Of a stretch of 64,000 bases of DNA, positions 53,709 through 62,577 are shown piece by piece (within the stretch, counting starts at the first letter, position 1; each line of letters starts with the position of its first letter). Origin of the DNA: a virus (taxonomy: Duplodnaviria; Caudoviricetes); the IMG/VR virus record IMGVR_UViG_3300027817_000001, positions 793 to 64,792 of that record; one strand, given 5' to 3'. Made by a program: the position numbers and the translations under genes. Below the pieces are notes generated by a model. It was given only the letters and a program-made list of their open reading frames with translations. It searched no databases and was not told the DNA's origin.

Positions 53709-53938
53709 GCGACCGCAAATGGATTCGCTGCCGCTACTTCAAGCCGCAGCCGACGCAGGTCAAATGTGAGGTTTGCCGCGAGCCGTTCAGCTACGTTCGT
53801 CGATCCAAGCCGCGCCGCTACTGCTCGGTCTGCGCGCATGAGGTCAGGCTGAAGCAAATGCGAAACTGCAACGCACTCATCCGGAATTTAGAGCGCGCTG
53901 CGAGGGAAACAGTGACGCGCAAGGAGATATTGCGATGA
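53705..53938 (+). CDS. small zinc-finger protein
   Basis: CEVC...YCSVC. Confidence 0.55.
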   Translation: MSDRKWIRCRYFKPQPTQVKCEVCREPFSYVRRSKPRRYCSVCAHEVRLKQMRNCNALIRNLERAARETVTRKEILR

Positions 53939-54171
53939 GATTGATCTGCGTGGACGCAACATATGCGACATGTGGTCTCGCCGTCGGCAATGAATACGAG
54001 CGTCTTGCAGTTGATGCTCGCGGTATGGTCAAGGTCGACTGTTGCGAGCTGCATAGCAGACCAGGCGACGGGTTTTGGTATAGAAGTCGCTTCCGCCCGG
54101 TTCGCAAGACCGACATCAGTTGCTTCCGCGCGATGCTCGACACCACCAAACACAAGGAGCCGGTCGGATGA
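53935..54171 (+). CDS. hypothetical protein
   Basis: LICVDA...RFRPVRKTDISCFRAML family; AAGGAG RBS. Confidence 0.6.
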   Translation: MRLICVDATYATCGLAVGNEYERLAVDARGMVKVDCCELHSRPGDGFWYRSRFRPVRKTDISCFRAMLDTTKHKEPVG

Positions 54172-54386
54172 TCGTGGATGTGGAACCGGGCGATGTATAC
54201 GCGGACGACAACGGCAAGCTCTGGCGCGTCGTCGGCGTCTTCCATGAGCCATCTGTGAGCATGGAAGAAATCGAGCACACCGTGCCTGACAATCCGCTGC
54301 GGGTAACTGGCGGCATGAGCGGTCTGATGTGGCATAGATTCCGCCGCATCTTTCGCCCGGAAAAGCGCAAGGAACTGGTCGGATGA
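54168..54386 (+). CDS. hypothetical protein
   Basis: AAGGAG RBS; ATGA coupling. Confidence 0.55.
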   Translation: MIVDVEPGDVYADDNGKLWRVVGVFHEPSVSMEEIEHTVPDNPLRVTGGMSGLMWHRFRRIFRPEKRKELVG

Positions 54387-54646
54387 GTGAGCTTTACGGT
54401 CGCGGTCCTTTGATGGATGCTTTGCCGGGACTGAAGTCGATGCGCATGTCGCCGCGCGGGAAATGGAAGGCCGCATGGCGCCAGGTTCGCATCCTCCGGC
54501 GCGAAACTTCCAAGGCTCAACGTGACATGCTGATCTTTGGAACCGGATACGTGTTCGTGAGCGGGGACGGCTTCATCAACCATGTTCTGCCCGACGCGGT
54601 CCTGATTGGGTCTGACGGCAGCATCACCAGGAAAGGCGCGCTATGA
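54383..54646 (+). CDS. small protein composed of portal-like motifs
   Basis: YGRGPLMDALPGLK and AQRDMLIFGTGYVFV match portal YGRSPCMTALGDNK and AFQDLALFGTAPFII. Confidence 0.7.
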   Translation: MSELYGRGPLMDALPGLKSMRMSPRGKWKAAWRQVRILRRETSKAQRDMLIFGTGYVFVSGDGFINHVLPDAVLIGSDGSITRKGAL

Positions 54647-54846
54647 ACCACAACCTCGGCTGCGGCCACTGCAACCGCCCTCTGGAGGATTGCGACTGCG
54701 GCGTGGACTACGAGATCGCGTACCGGCCAAGTCTTGAGACGGAGGATGACGATTTTGCGCTATTTGCGCCCGTCCTCATCTTCTTCGGCGTGGTCATTGC
54801 TTTGACCGGGATTGTCACATGCTTCATCATGTGGGGCGATTTCTAG
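54643..54846 (+). CDS. small Cys-rich membrane protein
   Basis: CGHC..CDC plus C-terminal TM. Confidence 0.5.
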   Translation: MNHNLGCGHCNRPLEDCDCGVDYEIAYRPSLETEDDDFALFAPVLIFFGVVIALTGIVTCFIMWGDF

Positions 54847-55217
54847 CCGTGACCGTAGCGCGCAACCCATCGTGGAAATCGCAGGCAAAGCGTTGCATAA
54901 GCTGCCCGTGGCTGTTCAGCTGCAGGGCGGAGGACGAGGACCGCACGCGCTGCTGGCCTGCACGAGCAAGATGGGCGAGCTGCGGTTAAGGCCAGAGCCT
55001 TATAAGCATTCTGAATCAGAAGTGTCTGAGGTAAAAGAATGGGCGAAGTCGTGAACATGATGGCTCAGAAGCGTCTGATTCGAGAAGCGCGAGAGGCGAG
55101 AGCGAAGCGGAAGGCTGAGCGGAAAAGCGCGGCCGATCGGCTTGTTGAACATCTGACGCCGCATAGACTAGCAGATGGCTCATATCTGCTGCCTGGCGGA
55201 ATTGATGACATGGAGGT

Positions 55218-55502
55218 GTGACGATGAAAGAATGGCTATCAATCGATAGTGCTCCGCGCAATATGACCGAGATCGAGGTAATGGACCCTGATTGCGGTCA
55301 GTTTCTAATGCGGTGGAATCCAGCCGGCCATAATCCGATTTTTCAGAAAGAATACGGGAATGGGATATGGGAGTGTCCTGGCGGAAATTTTACGTGGAGC
55401 GAGGACGAAGGATGCGGGCCGCGATATTGGCGGCCAGCGCGCGGCGGTCACCGCGCATCACTAGGAGAGCAGAATGGATTACGCCAAGGCGACACAGCAT
55501 GA
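55218..55502 (+). CDS. DUF551-like protein
   Basis: WLSIDSAPR...PRYWRP. Confidence 0.6.
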   Translation: MTMKEWLSIDSAPRNMTEIEVMDPDCGQFLMRWNPAGHNPIFQKEYGNGIWECPGGNFTWSEDEGCGPRYWRPARGGHRASLGEQNGLRQGDTA

Positions 55503-55791
55503 CGCGGAGAAATACGCCTACAAAACCGATGCTCCGGCGCAGACCGCATTGGATTCGATCCACGCGCAGCTGCGCGCTAGCTTCGATGAGCTCGTGGCAA
55601 TTCAAGACCGCATCAGTGGTGTGCTCAACCGATCATTCGGCGAATCGCCATCGACGGCGAGCGAAAGCTCTCCCAAGCCGCGGCCGGTCCGAAGCGGCGC
55701 CCTCGGCAACATCGAAGACGGCCAGGACAACATCAGGGAGATGATCTCCAATATCAGCAGCCAGATCGCCCGGCTGGAAACCATTGCCTGA
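55474..55791 (+). CDS. helical hypothetical protein upstream of terL
   Basis: AGGAG RBS; coupled to terL. Confidence 0.65.
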   Translation: MDYAKATQHDAEKYAYKTDAPAQTALDSIHAQLRASFDELVAIQDRISGVLNRSFGESPSTASESSPKPRPVRSGALGNIEDGQDNIREMISNISSQIARLETIA

Positions 55792-57269
55792 TGGGTGACC
55801 CCAACCTCGAAGCAGGTTCAAATCTGAAACGGTGGCGGGAGCATCCCGCCGCCTACGTCGAGGAGCGCTTCAAGGTGAAGCCTGACCCAGCGCAGGCCGA
55901 AGCGCTTGAGGCGTTCCCGAACAATCCCCGCATCGCGCTGCAGGCCTGCACAGGAGCGGGCAAGACCAGCACGCTCGCTTGGCTGGGCTGGAATTTCATG
56001 CTGACCAGGCCGTACCCGATCGTCGGCGCCACATCGATCTCGGGCGACAACCTCAAGGCCAATCTTTGGACAGAATTAGCCCGCTGGCGCAATGTCGACC
56101 CGATGCTGAACGAGCTGTTCGACCAGACCACGAAGTCGATCACCAACCGCCAATCCCCCGAAACGTGGAAGATGGAGGCGCGGACATGGGACAGATCGGC
56201 CGACGCGGCGAACATCGGCAACTCGCTGCGCGGCATCCACGCGCAATACGTCATGTGGCTGTTGGACGAGACTGGAGGTTATCCCGACGCGATCCTGCCG
56301 ACGTGCGAAGCAATCTTCTCGGGAAGCCCGAAGGAGGCGCACATTGTGCAGGCCGGCAACCCAATCCGCCGCGCAGGGCCGCTGTGGAAGGCCGCGAGCT
56401 CGGGGCGCAAATCCTGGTACGTGATTGAGATCACCGCCGACCCTGACGCGCCGAACCGCACCCCGCGCGTGTCGGTGGAGCATGCCCGCCAGCAGATCGC
56501 GGATTGGGGCGGCCGCGAATCGCCCTTCGTGATGGTGAACGTGCTCGGCAAGTTCCCGCTGGCTGATTTCAACGCGCTGATCTCGACCGAGGAATGCGAG
56601 GCGGCGATGAAGCGCTATTACCGCCCCGACGAGATCGGCGACGCGGCGCGCGTGATGGGCATCGACGTCGCTGCCGAGGGCGACGACGCGAGCGTGATCT
56701 TCTGCCGGCAGGGCCTGCAGAGCTTCCCGATGATCAAGAAGCGGAACATCAACTCGACCCAGGGCGCCGGCCTGGTCGCGCGCAAATGGGAGGATTGGGG
56801 CGCTGACGCCGCATTCATCGACATGACCGGCGGGTTCGGTGCGGGCTGGTTCGACAAGCTGGTCGAGTTGCACAAAGCGCCGATCGGCGTGCAGTTCGCC
56901 GGCGAGGCGCACGAGAGCTCGCGGTATTTCAACAAGCGGACCGAGATGTATTTCGACGCCTGCGAATGGATCAAGCGGGGCGGCGCGCTGCCACCGAGCC
57001 CGGAGATCACTGCGGCGCTGACCCAGACGCTCTACACCTTTAAGGGCGATCGGCTGCTGCTCGAGCCCAAGAAGCTCGTGAAGCAGAAGCTCGGCTATTC
57101 TCCCGACGAGGCGGACGCGCTGGTGCTGACCTTCGCGGAGCCGGTGGTGCGGGCGTCGCGCACGCTGGTCAAGCCGCGGCACACCGCCAATTATGACCCG
57201 TTCCGCGAGGCGAACGCGGGCTTCAACCTGAAATCGGCCGTAGATTCGTCATACGACCCGTTCAAATAG
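55791..57269 (+). CDS. terL: terminase large subunit
   Basis: ACTGAGKT Walker A; WLLDE Walker B; GNP; GIDVAAEGDDAS nuclease; SPDEADAL. Confidence 0.93.
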   Translation: MGDPNLEAGSNLKRWREHPAAYVEERFKVKPDPAQAEALEAFPNNPRIALQACTGAGKTSTLAWLGWNFMLTRPYPIVGATSISGDNLKANLWTELARWRNVDPMLNELFDQTTKSITNRQSPETWKMEARTWDRSADAANIGNSLRGIHAQYVMWLLDETGGYPDAILPTCEAIFSGSPKEAHIVQAGNPIRRAGPLWKAASSGRKSWYVIEITADPDAPNRTPRVSVEHARQQIADWGGRESPFVMVNVLGKFPLADFNALISTEECEAAMKRYYRPDEIGDAARVMGIDVAAEGDDASVIFCRQGLQSFPMIKKRNINSTQGAGLVARKWEDWGADAAFIDMTGGFGAGWFDKLVELHKAPIGVQFAGEAHESSRYFNKRTEMYFDACEWIKRGGALPPSPEITAALTQTLYTFKGDRLLLEPKKLVKQKLGYSPDEADALVLTFAEPVVRASRTLVKPRHTANYDPFREANAGFNLKSAVDSSYDPFK

Positions 57270-57279
57270 GGACGACACC

Positions 57280-57807
57280 ATGAACGCACCTTTGAAGGAA
57301 ATGCCGCGCTACGTGAGCCACAAGACGGTTCACGCGCTCAAGATTGCCGCGATCGAGATTCACGAGGACAAGTCGGCCACGATCGCGCCTGTGGATGGCG
57401 GGATCGGCTCAGCGTTCCAAACCAAAGCTGGCTGGGCCGAGCGCTTCACCGGCTCCGAGGAGGACAAGGGATATTTCGTTCAATATGCCGACGGCTTTGC
57501 CTCATGGTCGCCGACGAAGGCGTTCGAGGAAGGCTACACGCGCGAGGGCGAAGCAAAGCAGCACGCAGGTCTGCCGGTTTCCGGCTACAAGCCACAGAAC
57601 TCATATGCCGTCAGCATGGTGAACGCGAACAAGCACATGGAGGAGGAAATCCTCCGGCAATTGGACATGATGGCGAAGGACGACCAGTTGAAGGTCGATC
57701 ATCGCTGGCTTGCAATCGGCCGGACGGCGATCGAGCAGGCGTTCATGGCGATCAACCGCGCGATCTTCAAGCCCGGCCGCGTCGCGCTGCCCGGCGACAG
57801 CGAGTAA
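57280..57807 (+). CDS. two-domain anti-defence candidate: GY-V-Y-DG--SWSP domain fused to Acb2-like domain
   Basis: N: RYVSHKTVHALKI...GYFVQYADGFASWSPTKAFEEGY; C: GYKP...VNANK...RWLAIGRTAIEQAFMAINRAIFKP. Confidence 0.78.
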   Translation: MNAPLKEMPRYVSHKTVHALKIAAIEIHEDKSATIAPVDGGIGSAFQTKAGWAERFTGSEEDKGYFVQYADGFASWSPTKAFEEGYTREGEAKQHAGLPVSGYKPQNSYAVSMVNANKHMEEEILRQLDMMAKDDQLKVDHRWLAIGRTAIEQAFMAINRAIFKPGRVALPGDSE

Positions 57808-57884
57808 CATAGGACACAACAACCCCTAGCAACCAGCCGCCCGATGCGCTACTTTCGCGGGTGCATCGGGTGGGGCTTGCAGAA

Positions 57885-58487
57885 ATGACAAAATGGATTC
57901 GGGTGACGCTCGCGGCCATAGCCGGTGTCGTCGCAATCGCCCTGCTCGCTTCTCCCCCGACGTCCGGCCAGATCCGCGATCCCGCCATGCCAGGGCCTCA
58001 AGGTCCGGCCGGCGCGAGCGGAACCCCAGGCTCCCAAATCTGGCAGACCAACGGCGTGCCGAGCCCGGCGATCGGCGCGAACACCGACCTTGCGGTGGAT
58101 ACGACCACGGCGAACGTCTACCAGAAGGAGGCAGGAGCTTGGACCGGGCCGACCATGAACCTGAAGGGGCCGACCGGAGCGACAGGGGCAACAGGCTCGC
58201 AGGGACCGCCAGGCGCCGCGGCTGGGTCCTCGCAGATCACCACGAACACCGCCGGATCAGGAACGTGGACCTATCCCGCGACGTGCAATTCGAGCTCGAA
58301 GTTCTGGGCGCAGGCTCAGGTCCCGGCCGGCGCGGCCTCGGTGAACGTATGGAATGTCGGACCGCCGACCTCGACCACGCAGACGTTCCAGATCAGCCTG
58401 CAGGTTGTGGTCTCGGTGGTTGGGATCAACGTGCTGCAGCTCAACTCCACGCCGGGCGCGACGACCTTGAACGTGTTCTGCCAATAG
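57885..58487 (+). CDS. signal-peptide-bearing collagen-repeat protein
   Basis: Hydrophobic N-terminus ending TSG|Q; GPQGPAGASGTPG and GPTGATGATGSQGPPG. Confidence 0.7.
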   Translation: MTKWIRVTLAAIAGVVAIALLASPPTSGQIRDPAMPGPQGPAGASGTPGSQIWQTNGVPSPAIGANTDLAVDTTTANVYQKEAGAWTGPTMNLKGPTGATGATGSQGPPGAAAGSSQITTNTAGSGTWTYPATCNSSSKFWAQAQVPAGAASVNVWNVGPPTSTTQTFQISLQVVVSVVGINVLQLNSTPGATTLNVFCQ

Positions 58488-58519
58488 AATAGGCTGAGCT
58501 GAGCAAACGAGGGGACATC

Positions 58520-58885
58520 ATGAGCATCGTCTACAATTACGGCGACATCGGCGCGCAGATGAAGGGCGACACGTGGTGGGAGCCGGAGAAGCCGGAGCCG
58601 AGCCTGCCTGCAATCGCGGAACCTCAGACCGAGGTCGAGCGATGCAAAGCCGATCCGCTATATTTCGCCAAGGAGTTCATGGCGGAGCAAGTCGCATCAT
58701 TCGCAGCGCGTCGCCAAGCCGAGAATGCGGCTTTCCTTAAAGGCCTTTCGCAGAGCACTCATGAGACGTTCATTTATCGTACGTCTCTCCCGCCCGGCTC
58801 ATGGCGCCGTCTTCGACCGCTGGCCGAGAAAGGCATGAGTCACGGCTCTTGCCCCACCGGAAAAATCAACCTCCACGGCAAATAG
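58520..58885 (+). CDS. small protein with terminase-like and capsid-like motifs
   Basis: GAGGGG RBS; EVERCKADPLYFAKEF; HETFIYRTSLPPGSWRRL. Confidence 0.65.
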   Translation: MSIVYNYGDIGAQMKGDTWWEPEKPEPSLPAIAEPQTEVERCKADPLYFAKEFMAEQVASFAARRQAENAAFLKGLSQSTHETFIYRTSLPPGSWRRLRPLAEKGMSHGSCPTGKINLHGK

Positions 58886-58895
58886 GCACGATCCC

Positions 58896-58924
58896 TAGAC
58901 AATTACCCTGCCGGAACATACTAT
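58896..58924 (+). promoter_or_regulatory. sigma70-like promoter upstream of portal unit
   Basis: TAGACA-17-TACTAT. Confidence 0.5.
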
Positions 58925-58956
58925 CCCGGCGATTTTAACCGGCGGGGTCTCCATCC

Positions 58957-59166
58957 ATGAGCTTTCTTGCTCCATCAGCACCAGCGGCGCCCCCTCCTCC
59001 CCCGCCGCCTCCGACCCCGCCGACGCTGGCCGATTCGTCGATACAGGCCGCAGGAGCAGCCCAGAGAGCTGCCGCAGCGTCAGCCGGTGGAACGGTCAAG
59101 ACCTCGGTACAGGGCGCTCCGGATCCACAAACCACGAGCGGGTCGAAAGCCCTTTTTGGCTCATAG
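58957..59166 (+). CDS. small Pro-rich virion protein preceding portal
   Basis: PPPPPP, TS.QG, K.LFG pattern typical of pre-portal gene in this phage group. Confidence 0.7.
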   Translation: MSFLAPSAPAAPPPPPPPPTPPTLADSSIQAAGAAQRAAAASAGGTVKTSVQGAPDPQTTSGSKALFGS

Positions 59167-59169
59167 AGC

Positions 59170-61002
59170 ATGAACGCCATCCCGGAAGCGAGCCAGTTCA
59201 CCCGGCCCCAGTACGTGAACATGGGGCCCAGCCTGCTGTCGCAGCAGCCCGCCACGACCAGCTTCAAGGCTCAGCCGGACAGCTTCAAATGGGGTGTGAT
59301 CTTCGACCACCTGGAATCGCGGCTCGGCTCGCTCAGGATGTGGCGGACCAGCTGGTATTTCTACTGGCGCTCGCTCGCTCAGTTCTTCATGCCGAAGCGA
59401 ATCACGTGGTTCGAGCCCGTAGCCAACCGGATGAACCGGGGCAACCCGATCAATGACGCGATCATCGACTCGACCGGAACGCTCGCGCTGGAGACCTGCG
59501 GTGCCGGCATGTGGTCCGGCCTCACCAATCCGGCCCGGCCATGGATCAAGCTCGAGAGCGCGCTGCCATGGGTCAAGCTTGATGCTGATGGGCAGGAATG
59601 GGTCGACGACACCGAGCAGCGGATCTACACCGTCCTGGCAGGGTCGAACTTCTACAATCAAATGGCGCAGGCGTTCCAGGACTTGGCACTGTTCGGCACC
59701 GCGCCGTTCATCATCTACGAGGACTTCGAGGACGTCATCCGGCTCTACCTGCCCTGTGCGGGGGAATATTACCTCGGCGCCGGCGCGCGGCTGTCGGTCG
59801 ACACGCTCTATCGCGAGTTCACCTACACCGTGTCTCAAATCGTCGAGATGTTCGGCCTCGACGCGTGCCCAGCCGAGATCCAGAAGCAATGGGCCGAGGG
59901 CGGCGCGAGCCACGACATGGAGTATGTCGTCGCGCACGCGATCGAGCCGAATTACGCGCTGCGCAACACCGGGAGCGGCAAAGCCGACATCAAGGTGGTG
60001 CCGGCAATCTTCACTTATCGCGAGGTCTACTGGCTGAAGGGCAAGAAGACGCCGCAGCCGCTGAGCGTGGCCGGGTTCCACGGAAAGCCATTCGGCGCGA
60101 TGCGCTGGTCGACCGTCTCGAACGACGCCTACGGCCGATCGCCCTGCATGACGGCGCTGGGCGACAACAAGCAGGTGCAGCAGGAGACCAGGCGCAAGGC
60201 TGAATTCATCGAGAAGCTGGTCCGGCCGCCGATGGGCGCCAACCCTGAGCTGAAGAACGAACCGAGTTCCATCATCCCCGGCAACATCACGTACACCAAC
60301 ACCGAGGGAGGTAAGAAGGGCTTCTGGCCGCTGTTCGAGGTCCAGCCGGCTGCTCTGGCGCCGATGATCCAGGACATCAAGGACGTCAACGCCCGGGTCG
60401 AGAAGGCCCTGTTCGTCGACGTGTTCATGGCGATCACCCAGATGGAGGGCGTGCAGCCCCGGAACGAGCTGGAGCTCACCAAACGCGACCTCGAGCGGCT
60501 GCAGAAGCTCGGGCCCGTGATCGAGCTGGTCGAGGCCGAGCTGCGGATCGCGCTGGAACGGGTCATGGACATCATGGACCGCCGGAAGATGCTGAAGGCC
60601 CGGCCCGCCTCGCTGCTCAAGACGCCGATCAAGATCTCGTTCCTGTCGATCATGCGAATCGCCCAGCAGTCCTCGGTCGCGGTCGGGCTGAAGGACTTCT
60701 TCGCGACCATGGGCGGGCTGAGCTCGGCGGCGAAGGCCGCGGCAGTCCCGGATCCGCTTCGCAAGGTAAACCTGGCCAAGGCGGTCGACAAGTTCGCCGA
60801 CGCGATGAACATCCCGGCCGATCTGCTGTTCACCGACGACGAGGTGGCGCAGCACGACAAGGCACGAGATCAGGCAATGCAGCAGCAGCAGGCGCCGCAG
60901 CAGGCCATGGCCGGCGTGCAGGCCGCCAAGACGCTGAGTGAAACACAGGTGGGCGGCGACAGCGCGTTGAGTGCGCTGCTCGGCCATGGCGGAGCACAGT
61001 AG
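59170..61002 (+). CDS. portal (head-tail connector) protein
   Basis: DSTG..A; GLTNPARPW; SNFY..DLALFGT; YGRSP; LGPV. Confidence 0.93.
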   Translation: MNAIPEASQFTRPQYVNMGPSLLSQQPATTSFKAQPDSFKWGVIFDHLESRLGSLRMWRTSWYFYWRSLAQFFMPKRITWFEPVANRMNRGNPINDAIIDSTGTLALETCGAGMWSGLTNPARPWIKLESALPWVKLDADGQEWVDDTEQRIYTVLAGSNFYNQMAQAFQDLALFGTAPFIIYEDFEDVIRLYLPCAGEYYLGAGARLSVDTLYREFTYTVSQIVEMFGLDACPAEIQKQWAEGGASHDMEYVVAHAIEPNYALRNTGSGKADIKVVPAIFTYREVYWLKGKKTPQPLSVAGFHGKPFGAMRWSTVSNDAYGRSPCMTALGDNKQVQQETRRKAEFIEKLVRPPMGANPELKNEPSSIIPGNITYTNTEGGKKGFWPLFEVQPAALAPMIQDIKDVNARVEKALFVDVFMAITQMEGVQPRNELELTKRDLERLQKLGPVIELVEAELRIALERVMDIMDRRKMLKARPASLLKTPIKISFLSIMRIAQQSSVAVGLKDFFATMGGLSSAAKAAAVPDPLRKVNLAKAVDKFADAMNIPADLLFTDDEVAQHDKARDQAMQQQQAPQQAMAGVQAAKTLSETQVGGDSALSALLGHGGAQ

Positions 61003-61022
61003 GTTTTAACCAGGGGGACGAC

Positions 61023-61271
61023 ATGGATACCGAGACCGAACCACGCACGGTGAGCATTGAGGACATCTTTCCGGGAGTTCTGACGCTGCGCGAGCGCCAG
61101 GTGCTCGCCTTGTCCGTGAAGGGCCATGGCATGAAGCTGGTCGCCATGTCGCTCGGCATCAGCCCGCGGACAGTCGAGGACCACCGCATCAACATCTACC
61201 GCAAGACCGGCCTCGACAACATGATGGCGCTGTCGCATCGGATCCTCGGCCTGCCGAAGGTGGTGGCCTAA
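61023..61271 (+). CDS. LuxR-type HTH regulator (stand-alone)
   Basis: LTLRERQVL...KLVAMSLGISPRTVEDHRINIYRKTG. Confidence 0.88.
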   Translation: MDTETEPRTVSIEDIFPGVLTLRERQVLALSVKGHGMKLVAMSLGISPRTVEDHRINIYRKTGLDNMMALSHRILGLPKVVA

Positions 61272-61537
61272 TGCCCAAGCAGCCGGTGTTCGGAGATATC
61301 CTGCGGGCCGCGCGCGAAGCGCAGGGCCTGTCACAGAGGCAGCTCGCGGCCAAGGCCGGCGTGCCGCGGACCAATGTCAGCAGGATCGAGAACAGCAGGA
61401 TCTATCCGAGGCTGCAGACCATGCGGCTGCTGGCGGCCGGGCTCGGCGCCCAGCTCGTGATCGGGTTCAAGCCGGACGATACCGCGGCACCCGCGCCGGC
61501 ATCGGATCAGGATCATCCCCAAAGCACGCGCGCTTGA
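61271..61537 (+). CDS. XRE-family HTH regulator
   Basis: LRAAREAQGLSQRQLAAKAGVPRTNVSRIEN..P.L.T...LA.GLG. Confidence 0.88.
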   Translation: MPKQPVFGDILRAAREAQGLSQRQLAAKAGVPRTNVSRIENSRIYPRLQTMRLLAAGLGAQLVIGFKPDDTAAPAPASDQDHPQSTRA

Positions 61538-61627
61538 TCCCGCACCCGGTGCAGAACGCATAGCACTTCGGGCCGCCGGCGGATTTGAGGTCCGCCGGGG
61601 CGCAGTCGTCGCAGAGTGGTGGCTGGG

Positions 61628-61918
61628 TCATGGCTTCACCTTCTCTGCTTCGATCATGGCCCGATACACTTGGCAAGCTTGCTGCACACACCGATTTATA
61701 GGAACACAGTCCAAAGCACCTTGCCCGAAATCAATCATTTTCTTAGTCGGCTCTACCGGAACTATGGCATAGCCTGCCGCTTCGATCGCAGTCATGGCAA
61801 CCTCAGCAAGCCTGTTAAACCTTCTGGTGTCACTAAAATTAAGGCTAGCTAACGGCACCGTTGGGTGCCAGTGATCTCCAACGAACGCTTGAGCTATCTT
61901 CTCTTTCAGTTCGTTCAT
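61628..61918 (-). CDS. hypothetical protein
   Basis: GYAIVPVEPTKKM...YRAMI family. Confidence 0.6.
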   Translation of the reverse strand: MNELKEKIAQAFVGDHWHPTVPLASLNFSDTRRFNRLAEVAMTAIEAAGYAIVPVEPTKKMIDFGQGALDCVPINRCVQQACQVYRAMIEAEKVKP

Positions 61919-62148
61919 TTCAGCATCTCTCCCACCATGGCCCGAGCGCGCCACAGGCTCGGGAAACTGGCATCCCATTCCGGACCCGCCTCGACGTAGA
62001 TCGAGCCGTGGCATTCCGGGTGTGAGTCGGCGAATCTCACGGCTTCAGAAATGGTCCGCACGGTGCAGGGCCGGAGGCTGTAGCGGGAATGCACGAACCA
62101 GCCAGTGCATACGAGGGCGATCGCCGCGATGATGATCTTGACGGTCAT
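61915..62148 (-). CDS. small membrane-anchored protein
   Basis: N-terminal TM; ATGA coupling. Confidence 0.45.
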   Translation of the reverse strand: MTVKIIIAAIALVCTGWFVHSRYSLRPCTVRTISEAVRFADSHPECHGSIYVEAGPEWDASFPSLWRARAMVGEMLK

Positions 62149-62375
62149 CGGCACACCATCGGGCAGCACGCAGCGGCGCCCCAGCCCGGAGGGGGCTTGC
62201 ACCGCTCCCACGGACTGCGCGACCGAAGCAGCTTCGCGAGGGCCTTGTTTGGTGGCCTGGACGCGGCGTCGTCGATGGCGCGGCCGAATGCGCCGGAAGG
62301 GTCGGAAAGCATGACCACCCTGGACTGCGCGTCGGCGAATGTGCCGGGGAAGGTCACGGGTTTTGGCTTCTTCAT
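62145..62375 (-). CDS. DUF1778/TacA-like antitoxin C-terminal fragment
   Basis: VVMLSD...AF.RAIDD...PPNKALAKLLRSRSPWE; AAGGAG RBS; no RHH domain. Confidence 0.55.
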   Translation of the reverse strand: MKKPKPVTFPGTFADAQSRVVMLSDPSGAFGRAIDDAASRPPNKALAKLLRSRSPWERCKPPPGWGAAACCPMVCR

Positions 62376-62566
62376 GTGGTCTCTCCTTGGGTTGGAACGC
62401 GACGCAGTTCAAACAGGTGGCACAGGGTCGGGCCGCCGGCCTCCCATGTGACGGCGGCCCAGTCGGTCTCAGGGTTGAAGCTGTCCAGCACGCCGAACAC
62501 CCGTGCGCCGCGGTATTTCATCTCGACGCGGTCGCCGATCTCGGGGAGATCCTTGGGGCGTTTCAT
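62372..62566 (-). CDS. small SH3-like protein
   Basis: EIGDRV...VTW; AGGAG RBS. Confidence 0.55.
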   Translation of the reverse strand: MKRPKDLPEIGDRVEMKYRGARVFGVLDSFNPETDWAAVTWEAGGPTLCHLFELRRVPTQGETT

Positions 62567-62577
62567 GCGACGTGCTC

